From the NCBI GenBank assembly GCA_036987155.1, contig BTXY01000003.1:28098-92097 (forward strand): a stretch of 64,000 nt of DNA, read 5' to 3'. The stretch is from Candidatus Microsyncoccus archaeolyticus (GTDB lineage Bacteria > Patescibacteriota > Minisyncoccia > Minisyncoccales > Minisyncoccaceae). The position numbers and the translations under genes are program-made. Numbering within the stretch: position 1 is the stretch's first letter; each line of letters opens with the position of its first letter. The notes beneath the pieces are model-generated. The model was not told the DNA's origin. It did no database searches and worked only from the letters and a program-made list of their open reading frames with translations. This document shows, piece by piece, positions 56,233 through 64,000 of this stretch.

Positions 56233-57234
56233 ATGAAAATTGGAATTGATTTAGGAACTAAAAATTCACTAGTATTCATACCTCATAAGGGAGTTGTTTT
56301 AAACGAGCCATCAGTTGTTGCGGTTTCTTTAATAGAAAATAAGGTTTTAGCTGTAGGAAAAGAAGCTAAGGAGATGATTGGAAGAACTCCTGATAGTATT
56401 AAAGTTTATAGGCCCCTTAAAGAAGGAGTGATTGCTGATTACAGGACGACTCAAGCAATGTTAAAACACTTTATTGAAAAAGTTAACACTGGAATAAATA
56501 GATTTTTTAAGCCAGAACTTTTAGTTGGTGTTCCAGCAGGGATAACATCAACAGAAAAGAGAGCGGTAATCGAGTCTGGAATGATGGCTGGTGCAAAAGA
56601 AGTATTTTTAGCTAAAGAGCCGATATTATCAGCTATTGGAGCGGGGATTCCCATTAATTCTTCTTCTGGGCACTTAATAATTGATATTGGTGGAGGAACA
56701 ACTGAAGTAGCAGTAATATCTTTAGGAGGAATTGTTACTTTTCAGTCTTTGAGGGTTGCAGGAGATAAGTTAGATCAGGCTATTGCTGATTATATTAAAG
56801 AAAAACATAATTTAGCAGTAGGAGAACAAACATCAGAAGAAATAAAAATGAAAATTGGAACTGCTGTAATCGAAAAAGATCCAAAGAACCTAGAAATTAG
56901 AGGTAGAGATTTAGTATTGGGATTGCCCAAGACGATTAAGATTACATCAAACGAAATTTGCACAGCAATTGATGAACCGATGAAAGAAATTATTCAATGC
57001 ATCAAAAATGTATTAAGAGAAACCCCCCCAGAATTATCAGCCGACATAATGGATAAGGGTATGGTTGTTGCCGGAGGAGGTGCTTGTTTAAGAAACATTG
57101 CATCTTTGATTTCTATTTCTACGGGTGTTCCTTGTTTTATTGCTGATGATCCATTAAGTTGTGTTGCCAAAGGAACAGGTGTTGTTTTAGACAATCTTGA
57201 TATCTACAAGAAAAGCGTTATGTCTAAAAAATAA
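56233..57234 (+). CDS. mreB: Rod shape-determining protein MreB (paralog 1)
   Basis: MKIGIDLGTKNS, EPSVVAV, IIDIGGGTTEVAVISLGG and VVAGGGACLRN. The start was chosen from the promoter geometry. Confidence 0.9.
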   Translation: MKIGIDLGTKNSLVFIPHKGVVLNEPSVVAVSLIENKVLAVGKEAKEMIGRTPDSIKVYRPLKEGVIADYRTTQAMLKHFIEKVNTGINRFFKPELLVGVPAGITSTEKRAVIESGMMAGAKEVFLAKEPILSAIGAGIPINSSSGHLIIDIGGGTTEVAVISLGGIVTFQSLRVAGDKLDQAIADYIKEKHNLAVGEQTSEEIKMKIGTAVIEKDPKNLEIRGRDLVLGLPKTIKITSNEICTAIDEPMKEIIQCIKNVLRETPPELSADIMDKGMVVAGGGACLRNIASLISISTGVPCFIADDPLSCVAKGTGVVLDNLDIYKKSVMSKK

Positions 57235-57236
57235 TT

Positions 57237-58517
57237 ATGGACGAAGAAAAATTAGTAATTATAGGTAAAAAGAAAATAGAGGGAGAGATTAGCGCTTTTG
57301 GAGCAAAAAACGCTGCCTTCCCAGTTTTAATTTCTGCTTTATTAACCGATGAAGATTGTATTATTGAAAATGTTCCTTTAATTGAGGACGTATATAGACT
57401 TTTAGAAATATTTCAAAGCATGAAAGTTAAGGTTGAATGGATTGGAAAAAGAAAAGTAAAAATTAATGCTAAAAATATTGATCCTAAAAAAATTAAATAT
57501 GATCTTGTTCTAAAATTTAGAGGCGCTGTTCTTTTAATGGGTGCGCTTTTAGCAAGATTTAATAAAGCTACCTTGCCTCAACCAGGTGGTTGCATAATTG
57601 GAGTAAGGCCAATTGATACTCATTTAGATGCTTTTTCTCAACTAGGAGTTAATATTAAAGAGAAAAAGAAAAAGTTTATTTTAACAGGACCAGAAAAAAT
57701 TAAAGATAACATTGTTATTTTGGATGAGTTCAGCGTTACCACTACTTCTAACATAATGCTTTATGCTTCTAGAATTAAGGAAGAAATCACAATTAAGGTA
57801 GCTGATGGAGATTATCCCAATCAAGAATTAGCTAAGGTCTTGAAAAAGATGGGAGTTAAAGTCAAAGGAGCAGGTGGACACACGTTAAAAATAAAAGGAA
57901 GTCAAAAATTAAAAGGATTTAAGCATTTTCTAATGTATGATCCAATAGAAGCCGGAACTTTTATTATTTTAGCTTTAGCTACCCATGGAAATGTTTTAGT
58001 AAAAAATGTTGAATATGAATTTCTAGAATTTCCTTTAAAAAAACTAGAAGATTATGGTGCTAGGTTTGAAATAAAAAACAGAAAAAATGGAAGAGTTGAT
58101 GTTCATGTTATGCCTTCTAAAAACATGAAAATAAGAAAAATTCAAAGCTTGCCATATCCCGGATTTCCTTCTGATTTATTGTCTGTCTTGGGTGTTTTGG
58201 CAACGCAGACAAGGGGGGTAACTTTAATACATGATCCACTTTATGAGGGAAGATTAAAATATTTAGATGGCTTAACTAAAATGGGAGCAGATGTTTTCTT
58301 TTCTGATCCTCACAGGGCAACAATTAACGGTATCACTAAATTATATGGAGCTGATTTGGGCTCATTTGACTTAAGAGGAGGAGCTTCTCTCATTATTGCT
58401 GGACTTATTGCTGAAGGAAAAACCACAATTAGAAACATTTATCAAATAGACAGGGGTTATGAAAAAATAGAAGAGAGACTAAGCAGGTTGGGAGCAGACA
58501 TTAAAAGATTAAAATAA
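57237..58517 (+). CDS. murA: UDP-N-acetylglucosamine 1-carboxyvinyltransferase
   Basis: GAKNAAFPVLISALL, the PGGCIIGVRPID active-site Cys, and IDRGYEKIEERL. Confidence 0.9.
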   Translation: MDEEKLVIIGKKKIEGEISAFGAKNAAFPVLISALLTDEDCIIENVPLIEDVYRLLEIFQSMKVKVEWIGKRKVKINAKNIDPKKIKYDLVLKFRGAVLLMGALLARFNKATLPQPGGCIIGVRPIDTHLDAFSQLGVNIKEKKKKFILTGPEKIKDNIVILDEFSVTTTSNIMLYASRIKEEITIKVADGDYPNQELAKVLKKMGVKVKGAGGHTLKIKGSQKLKGFKHFLMYDPIEAGTFIILALATHGNVLVKNVEYEFLEFPLKKLEDYGARFEIKNRKNGRVDVHVMPSKNMKIRKIQSLPYPGFPSDLLSVLGVLATQTRGVTLIHDPLYEGRLKYLDGLTKMGADVFFSDPHRATINGITKLYGADLGSFDLRGGASLIIAGLIAEGKTTIRNIYQIDRGYEKIEERLSRLGADIKRLK

Positions 58518-59365
58518 TGGAAATTATTGGCCACAAAAAACAAAAAGAGATATTATCTAGGCTTACTAAAAGTCAAAATGTTCCCCATGCAATTCTTTTT
58601 TCTGGACCAGAGAAGATAGGAAAAAAGGAAATAGCAATCGAATTCAGCAAAGAATTGTTAGGTGGAAACATTAATACAGATTTCTTTTTACTTGAGCCAG
58701 AAGATAATATTATTAAGATAGAAGAATTAAGAAATCTTCAAGAAAAATTATCTTTAAAACCATATAATCATAATTTTAAAATAGGAATTATTGACAATGT
58801 TCACTTAATGAGAAAAGAAGTTCAAAATGCTTTTTTAAAAACATTAGAGGAGCCAAGAGGAAATTCAATTTTAATTTTAATAACCCATTTTCCATCAATG
58901 CTTTTAGAAACAATATTGTCTAGAGTTCAGGAAATTAAATTTTCTTTAGTCTCAAGAGAAGATATAGAAAAATATTTAATTGAATCAGGTGCAAAAAAAG
59001 AACAAGCAAAAGAAATTTCTTTAATATCTTCAGGACAGATTGGTAAAGCAATAGAATACTTTAAAAACCCAGAAAAACTAGAAATTTTTAATGAAGCTAT
59101 AAAAGATATTTCTTCTTTAGCAAGAGTTGATTATTATCAAAGATTCAATTATGCTAAGAAAATATCAGAGCTGGACAATGTTGATGAAATAATAGATATA
59201 TGGCAAAGGTATTTTAGAAGAGAGATGATTCTTATGGCCAATAAAGGAAATGATTTAACGAAAACAAAAGAATTAATCAAGTATATTGATAAAACTAGGT
59301 ACTTAATCAATTCAACCAATGCTAATAAAAAATTAGTTTTAGAAAATTTATTATTAAGAATATAA
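58517..59365 (+). CDS. holB: DNA polymerase III delta' subunit
   Basis: HAILFSGPEKIGK and NAFLKTLEEP. Confidence 0.75.
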   Translation: MEIIGHKKQKEILSRLTKSQNVPHAILFSGPEKIGKKEIAIEFSKELLGGNINTDFFLLEPEDNIIKIEELRNLQEKLSLKPYNHNFKIGIIDNVHLMRKEVQNAFLKTLEEPRGNSILILITHFPSMLLETILSRVQEIKFSLVSREDIEKYLIESGAKKEQAKEISLISSGQIGKAIEYFKNPEKLEIFNEAIKDISSLARVDYYQRFNYAKKISELDNVDEIIDIWQRYFRREMILMANKGNDLTKTKELIKYIDKTRYLINSTNANKKLVLENLLLRI

Positions 59366-59369
59366 AAAT

Positions 59370-59924
59370 ATGCACGAAGAAATAATAAAAAAAATAGAAC
59401 CAGAATTAGAAAAAGCAGTTGATTTTGTTCAAAAGAAATTGTCTTCGGTTAGAACTGGAAGAGCTTCTCCAACTTTAGTTGAAGAAATTAAAGCAGATTG
59501 TTTTGGAGACATGCTTCCTATTAAACAATTAGGCGCAATTTCAATTCCTTCGCCAAGGCAAATAATGATTCAGCCTTGGGATAGATCTTACATTGAGTCA
59601 ATTGAAAAAGCTTTATTAAGAGAAGCTTCAGGATTGTCTCCAATTGTTGAAGGTCCGAATATTATTATTAATCTTCCTGCAATGTCAGAAGAGCTAAGAA
59701 AAGAATTAGCTAAATCTATTTCTCAAACAGAAGAAGGAGCTAAGCAAACAATTAGAAAGTTTAGAGATGAAGCATGGTCAGAAATACAAGAAAAAACAAG
59801 AGAAGGCGTAGTTAGAGAAGATGATAAATTTAGAGCAAAAGATAAGCTTCAAGAAATGGTTGACAAGTATAATAAAAAAATAGATGAAATAGTAGAAAGA
59901 AAGAAAAAAGAATTAGAAGTATAA
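59370..59924 (+). CDS. frr: Ribosome recycling factor
   Basis: SSVRTGRASPTLVE, I.PWD and IRKFRDEA. Confidence 0.95.
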   Translation: MHEEIIKKIEPELEKAVDFVQKKLSSVRTGRASPTLVEEIKADCFGDMLPIKQLGAISIPSPRQIMIQPWDRSYIESIEKALLREASGLSPIVEGPNIIINLPAMSEELRKELAKSISQTEEGAKQTIRKFRDEAWSEIQEKTREGVVREDDKFRAKDKLQEMVDKYNKKIDEIVERKKKELEV

Positions 59925-59928
59925 TTTT

Positions 59929-61047
59929 ATGTTAATTTTAGATTTAATAATATTTATAATAGTTTTGAGTAGCGTTGTAATAGTCCATGAATTCGGTCAT
60001 TTCTTTTTTGCTAAAAAAACAGGTGTTAAGGTTGAAGAATTCGGTATTGGTTTTCCTCCAAAGATTTGGAAGAAAGTAAAAAATGGAACAGAGTATTTTA
60101 TTGGTGCAATTCCTTTCGGGGGATTAAATAAAATATATGGCATGGATGAAATTGATGAAGAAAAAGATAAAGACCCTCAAAGCTATGAAGCCAAGGGGCC
60201 GATAGCCAAATCATTGATTTGTTTGGGTGGTATATTTATGAATTTAATTTTTGCTTTTGTTCTTTTCTATATTTTATTATTTTCTTCTTCTTTTATAATG
60301 TCTCAAAACATGATTTTATCTGATTATTCTTTTCCTTTTGGAGAACAGGAAAAATATACTTATGTGACCAAAGTTTATGAAGGCACTCCTGCATATAATT
60401 CAGGATTAAATCCCAAAGACGCAATTGTTTCTTTTAATAACGAGAAAATATTAAATCCAGAATCTTTTGACGAAAAAGTTACTAATAGTGTGGGAAAAGA
60501 AATTACTTTGGGAATAATGGATCTAAAAACCCAAAAAATTAAAAATATTAAAGTATTATTATCAGAAAACACAGAGCACCCACTAGGTATTGCTTATGGG
60601 GAAGTGTCTTTAATTGACTACAATAACAACAAAATATTTTCAGGAATAGCTCACTCAATAAATATTCTTGATTATTCTTTTAATGTTTTGGGAAATTTAA
60701 TTTCGTATTCTTTTAAGAATAAAACAGCAGAACCATTAAGTTATTCGATGACAGGACCGGTTGGAATTTATGCTGTTACAAAAGTAATGGCTCAGGATGG
60801 ATTGTTTCAGATAGTTAATTTAATTGCCATTCTTTCTTTGGGGTTAGCTTTATCTAACTTTTTGCCTTTACCAGCATTGGACGGAGCTAAGTTTTTATAT
60901 ATAATTTTAGCAACAATTAATAAAAAAGTATTTTCTAAAAAATTAGAAATGGTAATAGAAAGTTTTGGAATGTATTTTCTTATTGGTTTAGCAATAGTAA
61001 TTGTTTTAAAGGATTTTTTTCAATTTAAAGATATTATTTTTAAATAA
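59929..61047 (+). CDS. rseP: RIP metalloprotease RseP (site-2 protease, M50)
   Basis: VHEFGHFFFAKKTGVKVEEFGIGFPP, a PDZ-like segment, and NFLPLPALDG. Confidence 0.85.
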   Translation: MLILDLIIFIIVLSSVVIVHEFGHFFFAKKTGVKVEEFGIGFPPKIWKKVKNGTEYFIGAIPFGGLNKIYGMDEIDEEKDKDPQSYEAKGPIAKSLICLGGIFMNLIFAFVLFYILLFSSSFIMSQNMILSDYSFPFGEQEKYTYVTKVYEGTPAYNSGLNPKDAIVSFNNEKILNPESFDEKVTNSVGKEITLGIMDLKTQKIKNIKVLLSENTEHPLGIAYGEVSLIDYNNNKIFSGIAHSINILDYSFNVLGNLISYSFKNKTAEPLSYSMTGPVGIYAVTKVMAQDGLFQIVNLIAILSLGLALSNFLPLPALDGAKFLYIILATINKKVFSKKLEMVIESFGMYFLIGLAIVIVLKDFFQFKDIIFK

Positions 61048-61050
61048 AAT

Positions 61051-62259
61051 ATGAAACAATCAAATCTTTTTACAAAAACAATTAAAGAAAATCCAAAAGA
61101 CGAAAAAAGTCTTAATTCGCAGTTATTAATAAGAGCTGGTTTTATTGACAAGCTTTCTTCGGGCATTTATACTTTTCTTCCATTAGGATTAAAAGTAGTT
61201 AAAAATATTGAAAAAATAGTGAGAGAAGAAATGAATGAAATTGAAGCCCAAGAAATATTAATGCCAGCACTCCACCCTAAAGATAACTGGGAAAAAACAG
61301 GGAGATGGGACGTAAAGGAAATGTTTAAAATAGAAGATGAAGAATTGGGGTTAGGTTGGACTCACGAAGAAATTATTACACCTCTTATGAAAAGACATAT
61401 TTTGTCTTATAGGGATTTACCAAAATATATTTATCAAATTCAAACCAAGTTTAGAAATGAGCCAAGGGCTAAATCAGGATTGTTAAGAGGAAGAGAATTT
61501 ATAATGAAAGATCTTTATTCTTTTCATGAAAATGAAGATGATTTAGACGTTTATTATGAAAAAGTAAAACAAGCATATTTTAAAATATATGAAAGGTGTG
61601 GACTTAAAGAAAAAACATATTTAACATTAGCTTCTGGTGGAACCTTTTCAGAATATTCTCATGAATTTCAAACAATAACTCCGGCTGGAGAAGATATGAT
61701 ATATATTTGCAATAAATGTGGTTTAGCTATTAATAAAGAAATTAAAGGAGACACTTGCCCTAATTGTAATAGCAAGGACTTAAAAGAAGAAAAAGCTATT
61801 GAGGTCGGAAACATTTTTAAACTTAATAAAAAATATTCAGAACCCTTTAATTTGAAAGATGAAAAAGGAAAAGAAATTTTAATGGGTTGCTATGGATTTG
61901 GAATCACAAGGGCGATGGGAGCAATCGTTGAAACATCAAACGATGAAAAAGGAATGGTCTGGCCTTTTGAAGTTTCTCCTTTCCAGATTCACTTAATAGA
62001 CCTAGATAATAAGGAAATTTCAGAGAAAATTTATGATATTTTACAAAATGAAAATTATGAAGTATTATACGATGACAGGGAAGACAAAACAGCGGGAGAA
62101 AAGTTTAATGATTGTGATTTAATAGGAATTCCTTTAAGGATAGTAGTGAGCAAAAAAACAGGAGAAGATAAGGTAGAGATAAAGAAAAGAAACGAAGAAA
62201 AAATTGAATTAATAAATATTAAAGATTTAATAAAAAATGTGGAAAGATTCTTTAAGTAA
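61051..62259 (+). CDS. proS: Proline--tRNA ligase, short bacterial-type form lacking the INS editing domain, with an inserted CxxC...CxxC element
   Basis: LLIRAGFI..LSSGIYTFLPLG, FRNEPRAKSGLLRGREF.MKD.YSF, CNKCG-x15-CPNC, and GCYGFG..R. Confidence 0.85.
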   Translation: MKQSNLFTKTIKENPKDEKSLNSQLLIRAGFIDKLSSGIYTFLPLGLKVVKNIEKIVREEMNEIEAQEILMPALHPKDNWEKTGRWDVKEMFKIEDEELGLGWTHEEIITPLMKRHILSYRDLPKYIYQIQTKFRNEPRAKSGLLRGREFIMKDLYSFHENEDDLDVYYEKVKQAYFKIYERCGLKEKTYLTLASGGTFSEYSHEFQTITPAGEDMIYICNKCGLAINKEIKGDTCPNCNSKDLKEEKAIEVGNIFKLNKKYSEPFNLKDEKGKEILMGCYGFGITRAMGAIVETSNDEKGMVWPFEVSPFQIHLIDLDNKEISEKIYDILQNENYEVLYDDREDKTAGEKFNDCDLIGIPLRIVVSKKTGEDKVEIKKRNEEKIELINIKDLIKNVERFFK

Positions 62260-63313
62260 ATTTATTTCAGGTTTGTCTCAAGACATTGCAATTGATTTAG
62301 GGACAGCAAACTGTCTCGTTTATGTTAGAGGAAGAGGGATAATTTTATCAGAACCTTCAGTTGTTGCGGTTAACAAGAAAACTAATCAAGTTTTAGCAAT
62401 TGGAAGAGAAGCAGAAAAAATGGTTGGAAAAACTCCTGGGCACATTGTTGCGATTAAACCTTTAGTATCCGGCGTTATCTCAGATTTTGAAGTAACAGAG
62501 CAAATGTTAAGATATTTAATTCAGAGAGCAACCCAGGAGAAATTTTATTTATTAAAACCAAGGGTTATTGTTGGAATTCCTTCAGGCGTAACAGAAGTAG
62601 AAAAAAAGGCAGTAATAGATGCTACGAAATCAGCAGGAGCAAGAGAAGTATTTCTAATAGAAGAACCAATGGCAGCAGCAATTGGAGCAAGAATGCCAGT
62701 TCATGAACCAGCAGGTAATTTTATGGTTGATATTGGCGGAGGGACAACGGAAGTAGCAGTAATTTCTTTGGGCGGCATTGTTGTTGCGAAAAGCCTAAGA
62801 ATTGCAGGAAATAAATTAAATCAAGATATTGTTACTTATGCTCAAGATAAGTATAAGTTATTGATAGGAGAAAGAACAGCAGAAAGAATTAAGATTAGTA
62901 TTGGTGTTGTTTTTTTTGAAAAAGAACCGTCTAAAAGCGAGATTAAAGAAATGCCAATGAGAGGAAGAAATTTAGTTAGTGGTCTTCCAGAAGAAATTGT
63001 AATTAATCAAACAGATGTTAAAAAAGCAATGGATAGATCTGTTAATCAAATAATTACTGAAATTAAAAACACAATAGAAATTACACCACCAGAATTATTA
63101 TCAGACATTATGAAAAAGGGAATTTGTCTTGCTGGTGGAGGAGCATTATTAAGGGGTTTAGATAAAATGATTACCAAAGAAACTAAAATGCCTTGTTATA
63201 TTGTTGAAGACCCAATGACAGCCGTAGCAAGAGGAGCAGGACTGGTTTTAGAAAACATAGATGAATATCATGATGTTTTGGTAGAAATAGAAGAATTGCA
63301 GCCACCAAAATAG
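62237..63313 (+). CDS. mreB: Rod shape-determining protein MreB (paralog 2)
   Basis: IAIDLGTANCLVYV, EPSVVAV, MVDIGGGTTEVAVISLGG and LAGGGALLRG. Overlaps the proS 3' end by 23 nt. Confidence 0.9.
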   Translation: MWKDSLSKFISGLSQDIAIDLGTANCLVYVRGRGIILSEPSVVAVNKKTNQVLAIGREAEKMVGKTPGHIVAIKPLVSGVISDFEVTEQMLRYLIQRATQEKFYLLKPRVIVGIPSGVTEVEKKAVIDATKSAGAREVFLIEEPMAAAIGARMPVHEPAGNFMVDIGGGTTEVAVISLGGIVVAKSLRIAGNKLNQDIVTYAQDKYKLLIGERTAERIKISIGVVFFEKEPSKSEIKEMPMRGRNLVSGLPEEIVINQTDVKKAMDRSVNQIITEIKNTIEITPPELLSDIMKKGICLAGGGALLRGLDKMITKETKMPCYIVEDPMTAVARGAGLVLENIDEYHDVLVEIEELQPPK

Positions 63314-63314
63314 T

Positions 63315-63343
63315 TTGACGTTTATCTAATTTTTATGTATAAA
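63315..63343 (+). promoter_or_regulatory. Candidate promoter TTGACG-17nt-TATAAA
   Basis: TTGACG 63315-63320, TATAAA 63338-63343. Confidence 0.4.
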
Positions 63344-63346
63344 AAA

Positions 63347-63367
63347 GCTACGAGAATTTCTCGTGGC
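63347..63367 (+). other. 9-bp hairpin GCTACGAGA-ATT-TCTCGTGGC (mreB terminator or 5'-leader structure)
   Basis: Inverted repeat followed by TTGTTCGTTT. It lies between the candidate promoter and the next ATG. Confidence 0.4.
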
Positions 63368-63403
63368 TTGTTCGTTTAAAATTAACCAAGGAGAAAGTTA
63401 AAA

Positions 63404-64000
63404 ATGGCGTTCCGTATTACTACTGGTAGAAATGGTTTTCATGATCTAGAAGAAATTTATAGAATGGCTGGTTTACCAATTAATTCTCAAACAAAAATAG
63501 ATCTTTTAAGAGAGCTTATTATTAAGGCAAGAACAACAGAGCAAATAGAGGAATTAAGGCCTCATGTGGTTACTCTTAAGAAATACGAGAATGAAAATAA
63601 TCAAAAGATTAAATCATACATAATAGGAACAATAGATCTCTTTCAAAAAAGAAAACAATTGATTGATGATAATTCAGGCAAATTAGGTCCTCCAGAAGAA
63701 GAGCATATTAAAAAGTTTTTTGAAGCAAAAGGTTCTCGTTCAAAAGGAAAAGTTTTTAAAAAGATTAAAAATATGGATATCCCTTTTGATGATTTACTGG
63801 AATTATTTAATAAATACAATAAAAGAAACTATTTAATAAATAGAATTTTGTGGGACCTATTGATAGATAAAGCCAAGACCCAAGAAGAAAAAATAATTCT
63901 ATATAATCTTTCTGAGAGAAGAAGGAGAGGAGAACTTTTAAAATTAGATTCTTTTGCTGATTTTAGAGAAGAAAAACCAGTTAAAACAGAAGAGACAGGA
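63404..64000 (+). CDS. Hypothetical protein, 3'-truncated by window edge (not in the ORF track)
   Basis: ATG 63404 (MAFRITTGRNGFHDLEEIYRMAG...) is open for 199 codons to the window end. Preceded by AAGGAG at 63388-63393. Confidence 0.55.
   Translation, partial: MAFRITTGRNGFHDLEEIYRMAGLPINSQTKIDLLRELIIKARTTEQIEELRPHVVTLKKYENENNQKIKSYIIGTIDLFQKRKQLIDDNSGKLGPPEEEHIKKFFEAKGSRSKGKVFKKIKNMDIPFDDLLELFNKYNKRNYLINRILWDLLIDKAKTQEEKIILYNLSERRRRGELLKLDSFADFREEKPVKTEETG

Overview
AT-rich, very gene-dense segment, almost entirely on the + strand. Gene content points to a reduced Candidate Phyla Radiation / Patescibacteria-type bacterial chromosome; this is an inference, since no database search was possible. 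I support about 65 CDS, one 16S rRNA, RNase P RNA, five tRNAs, and a set of sigma70-like promoters and hairpin terminators. Core content: secDF, pgk, murJ, lepA, prfB (programmed +1 frameshift), ftsEX, ftsZ, galU, trxB, eno, gap, a split ADP-forming acetyl-CoA synthetase, ppsA, rpsB-tsf, alaS, the infA-rpmJ-rpsM-rpsK-rpsD-rpoA-rplQ-rplM-rpsI block, and mreB-murA-holB-frr-rseP-proS-mreB. The genetic code looks standard: RF2 is present and TGA terminates ORFs. No CRISPR array, integrase, transposase or prophage signal was seen. Observations most worth follow-up: (1) the 16S 3' tail lacks the anti-Shine-Dalgarno CCUCC, genes lack SD motifs, and at least eight near-consensus promoters sit 6-10 nt upstream of the ATG, which implies leaderless mRNAs. 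(2) The rrn locus is atypical: 16S is bracketed by a perfect 17-bp processing stem, then followed by a SAM-methyltransferase CDS, tRNA-Ile, tRNA-Ala and a terminator, with no 23S. (3) Three CDSs take their TAG stop codon from tRNA nucleotides 8-10. (4) A sigma-region-4/HARE-HTH protein, a 2-TM protein and a TM-less TraD/VirD4-like ATPase with a CxxC-x17-CxxC zinc ribbon form a module with no other type IV secretion genes nearby. (5) An HTH-Panacea(DUF4065) antitoxin is paired with a RelE-like toxin. (6) Two pilin-like proteins with DUF2341/LamG domains overlap the stops of gap and ppsA by 1 nt (TAATG). (7) Several core proteins have lost domains: RF1 lacks domain 1, RpoA lacks the alpha-CTD, AlaRS lacks C-Ala and ProRS lacks INS. 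RNA ends, promoters and terminators are read by eye and are approximate. Domain calls come from motif recognition only.
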